A stretch of 63,070 nucleotides of DNA, counting the filler, from Chthonomonadaceae bacterium (GTDB taxonomy: Bacteria; Armatimonadota; Chthonomonadetes; Chthonomonadales; Chthonomonadaceae), in assembly GCA_035650735.1 (NCBI GenBank). It is 3 parts of 3 records of this genome, joined end to end, with 100 filler letters (N's around TTAATTAATTAA, not from the genome) between each part and the next. Parts side by side here need not be neighbours in the genome. Positions count along the whole stretch, not along the records: positions 29,552 to 60,221 come from DASRGZ010000107.1; positions 60,322 to 63,070 come from DASRGZ010000140.1; 1 more part is not named here. One strand, written 5' to 3'. Shown here in pieces: positions 52,862-62,376 of the stretch. The translations under genes were made by a program, and so were the position numbers. The notes below the pieces were generated by a model that was not told the origin of the DNA, made no database searches, and worked only from the letters and a program-made list of their open reading frames with translations. Positions within the stretch are counted from its first letter, which is position 1; each line of letters opens with the position of its first letter.

Positions 52862-53724
52862 CAGCGTAATCCCTGTCCTTCGCACGTCGGCTGCGTGTCC
52901 GGCAGCGGCGCGCTGGGATCATAGTAGACACGCGCCCGATCGTAGTTGATGCACTGCCCGCTGCCAAAAATCTGATCCGGCGCGACCAGGGTGCTGGTCT
53001 TATACCACTTGGCGTGCCCGTCAAGGAAGCCGACGTTGGTGCCCTCGCGGTGCCGGCTCGAAAGCCCGAAGTTTACGTTAATGCCATTATACGGGTCGGC
53101 CCAATAGCCTCCGCCGCCGGTTCCCGGATCTTTGGGGACGCTGTCGGCGAACACGGCAAACTGCGCCGGGTAGGTAAAAGAGGACTCGGAGTGGAACCCG
53201 GTCACGCAGTAGGAGCTGAAGTAGTCCACGCCGTTGTTCAGGTCTACCACGCACTGCCAGTCGTCCCAGGGGGCCATCTCGCCGATCATGCCGATGGGTA
53301 GCTGCTTGCGATCCACGCGCCGCCAGTATAACCCCGTGAAGTTGAGGTTGTGATACGAATTCACCAGCGAATGCGCGGAGGAGGGGCAGAAGGCGATCTG
53401 GATGTTCTTGATGTAGGGCTGCAAATAGCCCAGCCAGATCAACTGCTCGGAGGGCGGCGGGCCGTCGCCGTCAGCGCTATCGCCCGGCCACTGGGCAATG
53501 CCGACTGCCGCGCCGTTGGTCAACTCGTTGTACTTTTCGTCGTAATCCTGAATGTACATCTTCTCGGCGGTCGTCAATTGCTTGACGTTGCTGAGACAGG
53601 AGATCTGACGCGCCGACTCCCGCGCCTGGGCGAAGACAGGGAAGAGGATGGCCGCCAGAATTGCGATAATGGCGATGACTACGAGCAGTTCGATGAGAGT
53701 AAAAGCACTCTGCTCACGTTGCAT
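52861..53724 (-). CDS. Prepilin-type N-terminal cleavage/methylation, DUF1559, H-X9-DG domain protein
   Basis: [70 protein letters not shown]. Confidence 0.93.
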   Translation of the reverse strand: MQREQSAFTLIELLVVIAIIAILAAILFPVFAQARESARQISCLSNVKQLTTAEKMYIQDYDEKYNELTNGAAVGIAQWPGDSADGDGPPPSEQLIWLGYLQPYIKNIQIAFCPSSAHSLVNSYHNLNFTGLYWRRVDRKQLPIGMIGEMAPWDDWQCVVDLNNGVDYFSSYCVTGFHSESSFTYPAQFAVFADSVPKDPGTGGGGYWADPYNGINVNFGLSSRHREGTNVGFLDGHAKWYKTSTLVAPDQIFGSGQCINYDRARVYYDPSAPLPDTQPTCEGQGLR

Positions 53725-54152
53725 GGGGTTGCTCCTTTTGGGACGTGTCTGCTGCTCCGGCGGGAAGCGCCCTGGCAGCAGGGAGAGTAGAGCGGCGATA
53801 GGAAGCAGCCCATGGAATACATACCAATGATGGCGCAAACGCTTCCTGCTTCCCGCCGTCGAGATAGAATCTATTCTAGCAGAGAAAAGGATAGAAAAGC
53901 AAGATTAGAGTTCTGCGCCTTATTGTTCTGGACGATAACAGAGAAACCGTTGCCTCTGCTGCTTTTCTTTCTGCTGCGCAGGGACGCGCGTAACAATCGG
54001 AGGATAGCAAGAGAGGAGGAGTCGCGCCTCCTTCAGCAAGTGACGGTTTGAGCAAGGAGCAGGCAGAGGCAGGAAAAGCCTGGCCTATGTCGAAGTCCGA
54101 GATAGCATAGGAAGGCGGGTAGGAGAGCGCCTTGACCGGAGAGGCAGGGAAG

Positions 54153-54485
54153 ATGCAGAAGAAACGACTGGTCTCCAAAACGGAATATGTGGGACACATG
54201 GGCAAACTGGTTTTTCCAGGCGGCCTCAGTATGGTCTGCCTGGCAGTGGGAATCCTCAGCGCCATTATGACCGTCTTTACATTCGTGTTTCTGCTGTACA
54301 AGGGAACAGCGTTCAGCCGTACTTACTGTATAGCGTTGCTTCTACAGTGCGGCATCATCTACGCGCTGCTCAGAGTGGGCTGGTCTGCCAAGCGGAAGGT
54401 GGAAAACGCCGAAACCGTCACTCCAATCACCCAGCACAGCGCCGAGCATCCCCTAAAGAGAGGTGGCTCATTGGGAAGAAGGTAG
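54153..54485 (+). CDS. Hypothetical 2-TM membrane protein
   Basis: MQKKRLVSKTEY.. with two hydrophobic segments; lower-GC region. Confidence 0.5.
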   Translation: MQKKRLVSKTEYVGHMGKLVFPGGLSMVCLAVGILSAIMTVFTFVFLLYKGTAFSRTYCIALLLQCGIIYALLRVGWSAKRKVENAETVTPITQHSAEHPLKRGGSLGRR

Positions 54486-54491
54486 ATTACA

Positions 54492-54716
54492 ATGGATTTT
54501 CCCATGCGTCAGGTGCTACCATTCTTGGGGCTGATTGCCTGTTGGGGCCTCGGCGGTTTGTTGATGATCTGTGGCTTTGCCACCTACCTCATCAAGTATG
54601 GGGGGCGTGGTGTGATGAAAGAAATGAAGGCAGGGAGTTTACCCATCGCCACGTTCCTTGTTCGTTCTGGAACAGCCTTAGTAATGATCGGGTGTTTGCT
54701 CGGTCTTGTCGAGTGA
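54492..54716 (+). CDS. Small hypothetical membrane protein
   Basis: 74 aa with two hydrophobic segments. Confidence 0.4.
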   Translation: MDFPMRQVLPFLGLIACWGLGGLLMICGFATYLIKYGGRGVMKEMKAGSLPIATFLVRSGTALVMIGCLLGLVE

Positions 54717-54838
54717 TGGGAGTTGAGCAGACATTGATCGGCGGAACACGGGGTTGATGAAGTTCTATTACTGGATAGCAGTTTGCCGAAGTCCCAATCT
54801 CGAAAGGTTGAGAAAAGTGCGTAACACGCTCAAAGGCC

Positions 54839-55099
54839 ATGTTGGCTCGAGGAGCAGACGTCAACACCAAAGACGTAGATGGAGCCACCGCCCTAGAATA
54901 CGCCGTTCGGGGAGGAAGTGGCAAATCCGTGCGGTTGTTGCTGGAGCGCCATGCCGATGTACATATGCCGACCTCTGAGGGAACCTCCATTCTCTCTGAG
55001 GCCATCGCCTTACGCCGTAATAACCTAGAGGAACCGGCTTATCGGCAAATCGTGGCCCTGTTGAAGAAGGCAGGCAAAGTAGGCAGCCAGCGAATCTGA
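54839..55099 (+). pseudogene. Ankyrin-repeat protein fragment
   Basis: LARGADVNTKDVDGATALEYA..VRLLLERHADV..LLKKAG. Begins mid-repeat; the upstream frame (..NTLK) joins it by a 1-nt shift near 54833. Confidence 0.6.
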
Positions 55100-55156
55100 C
55101 GATCTTGATGCCGAAGGCGTCTACCTGGCCACACCAGAGAAACGGCCAAAACAATC

Positions 55157-55185
55157 TTGACGGGAAGCTCAGGGTATAGTATAAT
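55157..55185 (+). promoter_or_regulatory. Sigma70 promoter upstream of a structured element and tRNA-His
   Basis: TTGACG-N17-TATAAT. Confidence 0.7.
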
Positions 55186-55417
55186 AACCCAAGTTGCTAC
55201 CTAGGAACACGTTTGAGAGAGAATCGCTCTGGAAACCGGCTTTTGCATCACCGTTTGCCTTCTCGAAGAGGCAAGGTAGCAACTTGAGTTATAATACTGT
55301 GATGCCCCTAGCAGGGCATTTCTTCGGTAACAATACCATACTCTAACGTGCTTCGGAGAGGGTTATAGTCAGGGAAAACGGCTCTTTGAGGGGTTAGAGT
55401 ACGGTATTGTAAGGTAT

Positions 55418-55492
55418 GGCGACTGTAGCTCAGTTGGTTAGAGTGCCAGGTTGTGGCCCTGGAGGTCGTCGGTTCAAGTCCGATCAGTCGCC
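55418..55492 (+). tRNA. tRNA-His (GTG)
   Basis: G-1 plus acceptor GCGACTG/CAGTCGC with C73, D arm TAGCTCAGTTGGTTAGAGT, anticodon arm CCAGG-TTGTGGC-CCTGG, T arm GTCGG-TTCAAGT-CCGAT. CCA is not encoded. Confidence 0.97.
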
Positions 55493-55571
55493 CTATTGAT
55501 GTTTGCAGATACTCATTGGCGCTTGGAGACTCCACTCCAAGCGCTTTTTCTGTGCTTGAGTCAGGTGCAGG

Positions 55572-56156
55572 CTATTTCGCCCCGGCCTGTTTGAGCAGAC
55601 GTATGGCTTCGGGACGCTCAAACAAACGTGCGAAATATAGAGGCGTCTCCCCATTGCGGTTAGGCAGAGAGACATCAGCGTGCGCCTGTAGCAGCGCCTG
55701 TAGCGTAGGATTGTAAACCTGATCGGCAAATTTACCCTTTCCGACGCGGATACAGTTTATCAGGGCCGTATTGCCGTAAGGGTCTTGCGCGTTCACCGCC
55801 GCGTGATGGCGCAGCAGTATCTGAGCCAACGTGGGGTTCTCCGCGTGCCAAAAGGTGGCTTGAAACAGAGCGGTAGGCGCATCGGCGGTGACGGAAGACC
55901 TGCCTTGCAGTTGGTTCATCAGCCGTTGCCATATCGATATCTTCCTGCCTGGATCGTCCCTGGTATTGGCATCCGCTCCCTGCTCCAACAGGGATGTCAC
56001 AGAGTTTGTGTCATTCCGCTTGATAGCAGCAATGAGAGCCTGGTTCAGCCGCTCCTGCCGCACTTCTCGCCATGTAAGGCCAAGCGGAACAGCAATCAGG
56101 ATAAGGAGGCCCGCGATCAAGAGCAGCCCGCCTCGCCGTTTTCGCTTCGTGTTCAT
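55572..56156 (-). CDS. Membrane-anchored ankyrin-repeat protein
   Basis: N-terminal TM, LLEQGADAN, AVNAQDPYGNTAL, NRNGETPLYFA..LLKQAGAK. Confidence 0.85.
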   Translation of the reverse strand: MNTKRKRRGGLLLIAGLLILIAVPLGLTWREVRQERLNQALIAAIKRNDTNSVTSLLEQGADANTRDDPGRKISIWQRLMNQLQGRSSVTADAPTALFQATFWHAENPTLAQILLRHHAAVNAQDPYGNTALINCIRVGKGKFADQVYNPTLQALLQAHADVSLPNRNGETPLYFARLFERPEAIRLLKQAGAK

Positions 56157-56277
56157 GCTGTATGCTTAACCGTTTACCTATCAACTCCTGCTCCCGGTAG
56201 CGACACAGGCGACAGAGGTAGGAATCTGGTATTCTGGCAAGCAGAGAAACGGGCAGTAAGGGGAGAATGTTCGCCTT

Positions 56278-57555
56278 TCAATGGCCCGCAGGAATGAGGT
56301 TGGTCACCAGCAGGATCAGCGACAGGACGATCAGCACCACCGTCGTTGTCCAGGCGATAGCGTTATAGGTGCGGCTGTTGGTAAAGCCGTCCATGAGCCG
56401 CCTGCTATTGACCAGCAAGAGCATCAGCACCAGGATGATCGGCAGCAGGACGGCCCCCACGATGTTGGGCAGGATGATGAGCGCCGCCAGATGCGCGGGG
56501 AAGAACATCACCAGCAGCGCCGCCATAATGATCAGAAACGTGAACGTGCCGATGAACAGCGGGGCTTCCCGCGTCCGCCGCCCCAACCCCGACTCCCAGC
56601 CCAGGGCTTCGGTCACCGCATAGGCTGTCGAGAGCGGCACTGCAATGGCCCCGAAGCAGGAGGCATTGAACAGCCCGACCGCAAAGAGAACCGTAGCCAG
56701 AGAGCCCGCCAGGGGAGCCAGCGCCTTGGCGACCTGCCCGGCATCGTTCACTTGATGGATGCCCGCCGCGTATAACGTGGCTCCGCAGCAGACGATGATG
56801 AAGTAGGCGACGAAGTTGGTGAAGAACGCGCCGAACAGCACGTCCAGGCGGGTATGGGAATATTCGCTGGCCTTGATGCCCTTGTCCCGCACGGACGACT
56901 GGATGTAGAACTGGCCCCAGGGCGTGATGGTCGTGCCCACCACGTTGATGACCATAAACACGTAATCTTTCAGGGGCGAGACGGCCTTGAGATTGGGAAC
57001 GAAGGTCTCCTTGAGCACCTGTCCCCAGTCGGGGCGGGCCAGGAACGCGGTCACGATGTAGAGCAGGTAGATGAGCGAGGCGCCCAGCAGGATGCGTTCC
57101 AGTCGCCGGTACGACCCCCGCGCCACCAGCAGCCACACCACCCCGGCGACCAGCGGCAGCACCCAGAAGCGGGCGGTCGGCCCCGCAAAGAGCTGCACGG
57201 CGGCAAGGATGCCCGCAAACTCGGAAACGGTGGTGGCGAAGTTAGCGACCAGGAGCGCGAGCATGGCGAACAGGGTGATCCGAACGCCATACTCCTCCCG
57301 GATCAGTTCCGCCAATCCTTTGCCGGTCACGGCCCCCATGCGGGCGCAGATTTCCTGCGCCACGCCCAGGGCGATAGTCGAGAGCACAAGCACCCAGAGC
57401 ATGGCGTAGCGGTACTGCGCGCCCGCCAGCGCGTAGCCGTAGATGCCGGAGGCGTCATTGTCGGCGTTGGCGGCGATGAGGCCTGGTCCTAGAATGCTCA
57501 GGAAGGCGTAGAGGCGGCTGGATGCAAAGCGTCGTCGCAGAGATTGGCTGAGCAT
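56278..57555 (-). CDS. Nramp-related divalent metal transporter (DNDAxG type)
   Basis: LGPGLIAANADNDASG, QEICARMGAVTGKGL, VGTTITPW. GGAGG RBS. Confidence 0.9.
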   Translation of the reverse strand: MLSQSLRRRFASSRLYAFLSILGPGLIAANADNDASGIYGYALAGAQYRYAMLWVLVLSTIALGVAQEICARMGAVTGKGLAELIREEYGVRITLFAMLALLVANFATTVSEFAGILAAVQLFAGPTARFWVLPLVAGVVWLLVARGSYRRLERILLGASLIYLLYIVTAFLARPDWGQVLKETFVPNLKAVSPLKDYVFMVINVVGTTITPWGQFYIQSSVRDKGIKASEYSHTRLDVLFGAFFTNFVAYFIIVCCGATLYAAGIHQVNDAGQVAKALAPLAGSLATVLFAVGLFNASCFGAIAVPLSTAYAVTEALGWESGLGRRTREAPLFIGTFTFLIIMAALLVMFFPAHLAALIILPNIVGAVLLPIILVLMLLLVNSRRLMDGFTNSRTYNAIAWTTTVVLIVLSLILLVTNLIPAGH

Positions 57556-57996
57556 GGCGGCACCTCCCCGGTTGCGATGTGGACGCGCATCGAGCCAGGC
57601 GTATCTAAACGGATCACGCCGGTACGGTTGGCCTCATCGGGTCAGGAGGTCGTCGTGGAGATGGGAGTAATGCGAGGATACGAGCGCGCAGGATAGCCCT
57701 GCCACGCTCAAGCGAAGGAGCGGTTAGGGGCCATCCTGCCGCCGCAAGCCTGCGTCTTCTGCGCTGCCGCGACGACCGTGCATACTGGCACTACAATCGG
57801 TAGGCATTTCCTCAGTCCTGGCGCTCCACGAGAAACCCGCGCATCGGGTCGGCGCGGGCAACGGGAGCGAAACCGTGCCATTATACCGCACCCGTAAAGA
57901 AAAAAACAACCTGGCAGACAAGCCGGGAACCTATGTTTTTCCCTGACCGTCTCTCTGCTGAGAGCAAAGCCTCTACTTCTCAAATGCGAGGAATAC

Positions 57997-59427
57997 GTGA
58001 GCAAACCTATTGACATAAAGACACCCTCGGATAAAACCTCAGTAACGGAACATGCGCCCCATGATGACCGGGAAGCCCCCACGCCGGAGGAAGTTATCCA
58101 AGACCAGCAAGACCTGGAAAAAGCCCGTGCGGACGGCGTGAAAAGCCGGGCTACGGAGCGCAAACCATTCTGGAAACATCTCGGCCCCGGCCTTATCACC
58201 GGAGCCGCCGACGATGACCCGTCTGGCATCGGCACCTACTCGGTTGCCGGCGCGCAGTTTGGTTATGCCCTCCTATGGCTAACGCCCGCGTGCATCCCCC
58301 TGATGATCGCGGTGCAGGAGATGTGCGGGCGGGTTGGCGTGGTGACGGGCAAAGGGCTGGCGGCGGTCATCAAGGAGCACTACCCTAAGTGGCTGCTTTA
58401 CGGCGCGGTGTTCCTGCTGATTGCCGCCAACGTCTTTAACATCTATGCCGATCTCAACGTGATGGCGGCCTCGGCAAAGATGCTTTTTCATGGCCCGTTC
58501 TGGCTCTGGCTGTCGCTGCTGACGGCGGGCATCGTGACAGCCCAGATCCTGGTTCCTTACCGCGTCTACGTCCGGCTGCTCAAGTGGCTGTGCTTGGCGC
58601 TGGGGGCGTATGTGGTCACGGCCCTGCTGCCCTCCAACCATAACGACTGGGGCCGGATAGCCCATCACTTCTTTGTCCCTACGTGGAGGTGGAAGCCCGA
58701 TTTCATCCTGACCATCGTGGGGTATCTGGGAACGACGATCTCGCCCTACCTGTTCTTCTGGCAGGCCGGAGAGCAGGTGGAGGAGGAGATCGCCGAGGGG
58801 AAGGCTGCCGAGCCTGGTAAGCGGCTGAAACGGGCGACCGAAGACGAGATGCGCAACCTGCGTGCGGACACCATCACCGGAATGGTGGTGTCCCAGGCGG
58901 TAACGTTCTTCATCATCCTCTGCGCGGCGAACCTGCACGCCAGAGGCATCACCGACATCAACACCGCCCAGGACGCGGCCCGCGCCCTCCTGCCGCTCGG
59001 ACCGGCGGCCTACTGGCTCTTCACGCTGGGTATCCTGGGAACCGGGCTGTTGGCGATCCCGACGCTGGCGGGTTCGGCGGCCTACGCCGTGTCCGAGACG
59101 GCAGGCTGGCGCTACGGCCTGTATCGTCGGTACGCGCGGGCGCCCGGCTTCTATCTGACGATTGCCGCCATGATTATAGTCGGCTACTTGTTGAACTTCC
59201 TGCGCGCCTTCAGCCCCGTGAAAGCGCTCTTCTATTCCTCCGTCCTCAATGGGGCCGTAGCAGTTCCGTTGCTGGTGGTGCTGATGCTGATCTGCAACAA
59301 CCCCAGGATCGTTGAGAGCCGGGGCAACGGGTGGGCCTCGAACCTCTTTGGCTGGCTGACGGTGGCGTTCATGGGCGCCTCGGTCGCCTTCCTGATCTGG
59401 GCGATGGCGACCGGACACGCCTCATAG
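57997..59427 (+). CDS. Nramp-related divalent metal transporter (DDDPSG type)
   Basis: LGPGLITGAADDDPSGIGTYS, QEMCGRVGVVTGKGL, LGTTISPYLFFWQ. Confidence 0.9.
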   Translation: MSKPIDIKTPSDKTSVTEHAPHDDREAPTPEEVIQDQQDLEKARADGVKSRATERKPFWKHLGPGLITGAADDDPSGIGTYSVAGAQFGYALLWLTPACIPLMIAVQEMCGRVGVVTGKGLAAVIKEHYPKWLLYGAVFLLIAANVFNIYADLNVMAASAKMLFHGPFWLWLSLLTAGIVTAQILVPYRVYVRLLKWLCLALGAYVVTALLPSNHNDWGRIAHHFFVPTWRWKPDFILTIVGYLGTTISPYLFFWQAGEQVEEEIAEGKAAEPGKRLKRATEDEMRNLRADTITGMVVSQAVTFFIILCAANLHARGITDINTAQDAARALLPLGPAAYWLFTLGILGTGLLAIPTLAGSAAYAVSETAGWRYGLYRRYARAPGFYLTIAAMIIVGYLLNFLRAFSPVKALFYSSVLNGAVAVPLLVVLMLICNNPRIVESRGNGWASNLFGWLTVAFMGASVAFLIWAMATGHAS

Positions 59428-59465
59428 AATGCCGCTCGGAAGTCAGGCGCGGCAGGAACCCCCGG

Positions 59466-59621
59466 CAGTACCCGACCCTAAAGGACCGGGCTGCGGACGG
59501 CAAGCCCCCTGATGAACCTTGACAACTAAATCCGGTAATCGCAGGGCGGCTAGGTCCTTAGGTGTATGGCCCTACGAACCAGGGATTACCCGATGAAAAG
59601 GTCAAGGTTCATCAGGGGGCT
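59466..59621. repeat. IS200/IS605-end-like hairpin followed by a 119-bp element with 21-bp terminal inverted repeats
   Basis: CCCGACCCTAAAGGACCGGG; AGCCCCCTGATGAACCTTGAC (59503-59523) and GTCAAGGTTCATCAGGGGGCT (59601-59621). Confidence 0.6.
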
Positions 59622-59655
59622 GCCATGAGGAGCAAGGGAGGTTGGATCAGGGGCT

Positions 59656-60221
59656 CTAAGCCGTTTCGATGATCTCGACGTTGGCGCGGGGAACGACGAC
59701 GCTGCGGCCATCGGCCAGGCGGGCCTCCAGCACGCGCACCAGCGTCCCGGACTCGACCTGCACCAGTTCCGGCGGCAGCCCCGTCACCGTGCCGAGCTGG
59801 CCGAAATAGGGCTCCCGAATGATCCGAATGGGCGTGCCGAGCGTGAGCTGGCCGGCGTCCGCGCTCTCCTGCGCGGCGGAGGCGGCTTCCGGCGTATCGG
59901 ACAGGGGGACGATGACCTCCGGGCGAATGACGCCGGCGCGGATCTGGGTGGCGCCGTTGATGGAGGCCATCTTGCCCTCCAGGGAGCGGAAGAGGGCGAA
60001 GGTGCGTTCGGCCATGGCGATGGTGCCGAAGCCTTCCGTGAGGATGAGGGTAAAGGGAATGGGCTCCTGGCCGGTGATGGCCACGCCAATATCAAAGCCG
60101 GGCTGGTGGAGCGCCTCGCTCAGGTAGTCCATCAGCTCTCGGTCGATCACGCCGCCGACCACGATGCCGGCCGCGCCGACCTCCGCAGCCCTGCGCAGAG
60201 CCGCGCCGGAGACGTTGGAGC
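59656..60221 (-). CDS. Conserved hypothetical protein, C-terminal part (5' end cut by the gap), KOW-like C-terminus
   Basis: Frame is open to the gap: ..GAAGIVVGG..ITGQE..LILTEGFG..IRAGVIRPEV..IRIIREPYFGQLGTV..VPRANVEII. Confidence 0.75.
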
Positions 60222-60321
60222 NNNNNNNNNNNNNNNNNNNNNNNNNNNNNNNNNNNNNNNNNNNNTTAATTAATTAANNNNNNNNNNNNNNNNNNNNNNN
60301 NNNNNNNNNNNNNNNNNNNNN
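60222..60321. other. Artificial contig linker / assembly gap
   Basis: N-run, TTAATTAATTAA, N-run. Confidence 0.98.
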
Positions 60322-60921
60322 CCGAACTGGTTCTATGAGACGTACCACTTGAATTATCGCCTGGCGGAGGGCATGGCCTGGCACTTCCTGTTTATGTGGT
60401 TGTTCGCCATCAACGGCCTGCTGTATGTGCTGTACACGGCGATTTCCGGGGAGTGGCGCTACCTGCTGCCCAATCGCCGTTCCTTCCGTGAAGCCCTGCA
60501 AGTGACGCTGCACGACCTGCACCTGAGCCGATACCATCCGCCGCGCCGCAAATTCAACGGGGCGCAGCAGATCGCCTATACCAGCATCATCCTAATGGGC
60601 GCCGGTTCCCTGCTGACCGGGCTGGCCATCTACAAGCCGGTGCAGTTTGCCTGGCTCACGACCCTGCTTGGCGGCTACCCGATGGCCCGCTTTATCCATT
60701 TCTGGCTGACCATCGGCTACTGCCTGTTCTTCGTCGTCCACGTGGCACAGGTCATCAAGACGGGCTGGAACAACTTCCGTGCCATGATTACCGGCTACGA
60801 GATTGTAACGGAGGTGCCTCCAACGGGAACGCCGCCTCTCCCGCAGGCGGGGAAGCCTTCGGCAACGGTGGAGCACGCGGTCGTGGCGGCGAACGCGCCG
60901 GTCGAGGAGGGAACGCCGTGA
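60322..60921 (+). CDS. Cytochrome b subunit (Ni-hydrogenase/thiosulfate-reductase cyt b-like), 5' truncated
   Basis: GMAWHFLFMW, KFNGAQQIAY, LTGLAIYKPVQ, ARFIHFW..VVHV (haem-ligand His). Confidence 0.85.
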   Translation, partial: PNWFYETYHLNYRLAEGMAWHFLFMWLFAINGLLYVLYTAISGEWRYLLPNRRSFREALQVTLHDLHLSRYHPPRRKFNGAQQIAYTSIILMGAGSLLTGLAIYKPVQFAWLTTLLGGYPMARFIHFWLTIGYCLFFVVHVAQVIKTGWNNFRAMITGYEIVTEVPPTGTPPLPQAGKPSATVEHAVVAANAPVEEGTP

Positions 60922-62024
60922 GCGACAGCAACGAGCAACAAGCCCCACAAGAAGGGAGGGAAGCGCCTGCGGGGGAGCCGGTAGCCCAACCTGCTCTCAA
61001 TCCCATCCCACGGGTTATCGCGTTCTCGGATGCCGAGGTCGAGCGGCAGATGCGTTGGATGTCGCGGCGCAGCTTTCTCTGGGCGGGAGCTGCCGTCGTG
61101 ACGGGCTACGCAGGCTGGCACTGGCTAATTACCCGCCGCCCGGAGGGCGATATTCCCTGGCCGTTCCGTAGCGCCCTGGAGGTCAATGAGGGGCTGGCAC
61201 GGGACTACTTCCGGGGCTCGCGCCTCGCGCCTACGTTCTCGCGCGCCGAAGCGACAGAGCCGCGCGTCAACGGCGATATTGGATTGCCGGACGATTTCGA
61301 TCCGGCGGGATGGAAGCTGCAGGTGATCGGCCTGGCGGATACCTCCCGTGCGCAAATGATGCCTACGTCGCCCTCGGCAGCAGCCCCCAATCCCAAAGAT
61401 CCGCATACGCTCAGCGCGGGGCCTGCGGATTCTAAAAAGGTGCAGGATAAAAAGGCGCCTGCCGGGAAAAAGAGGTCAGAGGACGCCGTAGCCGCCGCAA
61501 ACCAAAACCACGCAGAGCCAAACGGCGCGGACGAGGAGGATACGGCCTCTAACAGCGATGATGGCGACACATCGGACATGGCGCCCGAGGAGCCGGTCGG
61601 GATGCTGACCCTGGCCGACATCCAGCGGCTGCCCCGCGTGGAGATGGTGACCGAGCTCAAATGCATCGAGGGCTGGAGTACCATCGTGCGGTGGGCGGGA
61701 GCGCGTTTTGCCGATTTCGTCGCTCACTACCCGCTCGCCAGAACGGACAGCGGCGAGCTTCCTGCCTATGTGGCTCTGGAGACCCCCGACGGCGGCTACT
61801 ACGTCGGGCTGGACATGGAGAGTGCGCTCCACCCACAGACCTTGCTCTGCTACGAGATGAACGGCAAGCCCTTGCCTCTGGAGCATGGCGGGCCACTGCG
61901 CCTGGTCATCCCGGTCAAATACGGTATCAAGAACCTCAAACGTATCGGGACTATCCGCTTTACCGACTCGCGCCCACGAGACTATTGGGCCGAGCAAGGT
62001 TACGATTGGTACGCGGGACATTAG
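60918..62024 (+). CDS. Molybdopterin-dependent oxidoreductase (sulfite oxidase/MsrP-YedY-like)
   Basis: Twin-Arg motif SRRSFL, ELKCIEGWS (Mo-ligand Cys), ALHPQTLLCYEMNG..HGGPLRLVIPVKYGIKNLK, GYDWYAG. Confidence 0.88.
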   Translation: MSDSNEQQAPQEGREAPAGEPVAQPALNPIPRVIAFSDAEVERQMRWMSRRSFLWAGAAVVTGYAGWHWLITRRPEGDIPWPFRSALEVNEGLARDYFRGSRLAPTFSRAEATEPRVNGDIGLPDDFDPAGWKLQVIGLADTSRAQMMPTSPSAAAPNPKDPHTLSAGPADSKKVQDKKAPAGKKRSEDAVAAANQNHAEPNGADEEDTASNSDDGDTSDMAPEEPVGMLTLADIQRLPRVEMVTELKCIEGWSTIVRWAGARFADFVAHYPLARTDSGELPAYVALETPDGGYYVGLDMESALHPQTLLCYEMNGKPLPLEHGGPLRLVIPVKYGIKNLKRIGTIRFTDSRPRDYWAEQGYDWYAGH

Positions 62025-62097
62025 CTGTCTCGCCTCCTCCCCTGCGGCGGGAAATGGCCGCAATATCGCCCAAGGAGCCTATGGAGAAAACAGGACC

Positions 62098-62355
62098 ATG
62101 GTCAAACGCACACTCTCTCTGATCACCCTGGTCGGGCTGCTCGCCAGCCTGGCCGCTCTGCCGACTCTCGCCCAGAATAACCAGCACAAAAAGGAAGCCG
62201 AGAAAATGAGCGGCATGATGCACAAAGGCAGAATGGCCGGCATGAAGAAGAGCATGAAGAAAAAGCATTCCCGTAAAGGGCACGCCGCCCATAAGGCCGG
62301 TAGCAAAATGAAGGGCGGCAAGATGAGCGGCAAGATGCACGGCGGCAAAATGTAA
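62098..62355 (+). CDS. Secreted Met/Lys/His-rich small protein (MXKDX-repeat/MrpX-like)
   Basis: Signal peptide MVKRTLSLITLVGLLASLAALPTLA; mature part KMSGMMHKGRMAGMKKSM..KMKGGKMSGKMHGGKM. Confidence 0.8.
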   Translation: MVKRTLSLITLVGLLASLAALPTLAQNNQHKKEAEKMSGMMHKGRMAGMKKSMKKKHSRKGHAAHKAGSKMKGGKMSGKMHGGKM

Positions 62356-62376
62356 CGCCGCCTCCGGCACGCAGGA

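Noticed and set aside
57556..57996. M-box or yybP-ykoY riboswitch upstream of the Nramp genes
   Set aside because: Conserved cores were not found by eye; needs cmscan
61885..62097. 156-aa version of the Met-rich protein
   Set aside because: It overlaps the oxidoreductase gene; the signal peptide starts at ATG 62098
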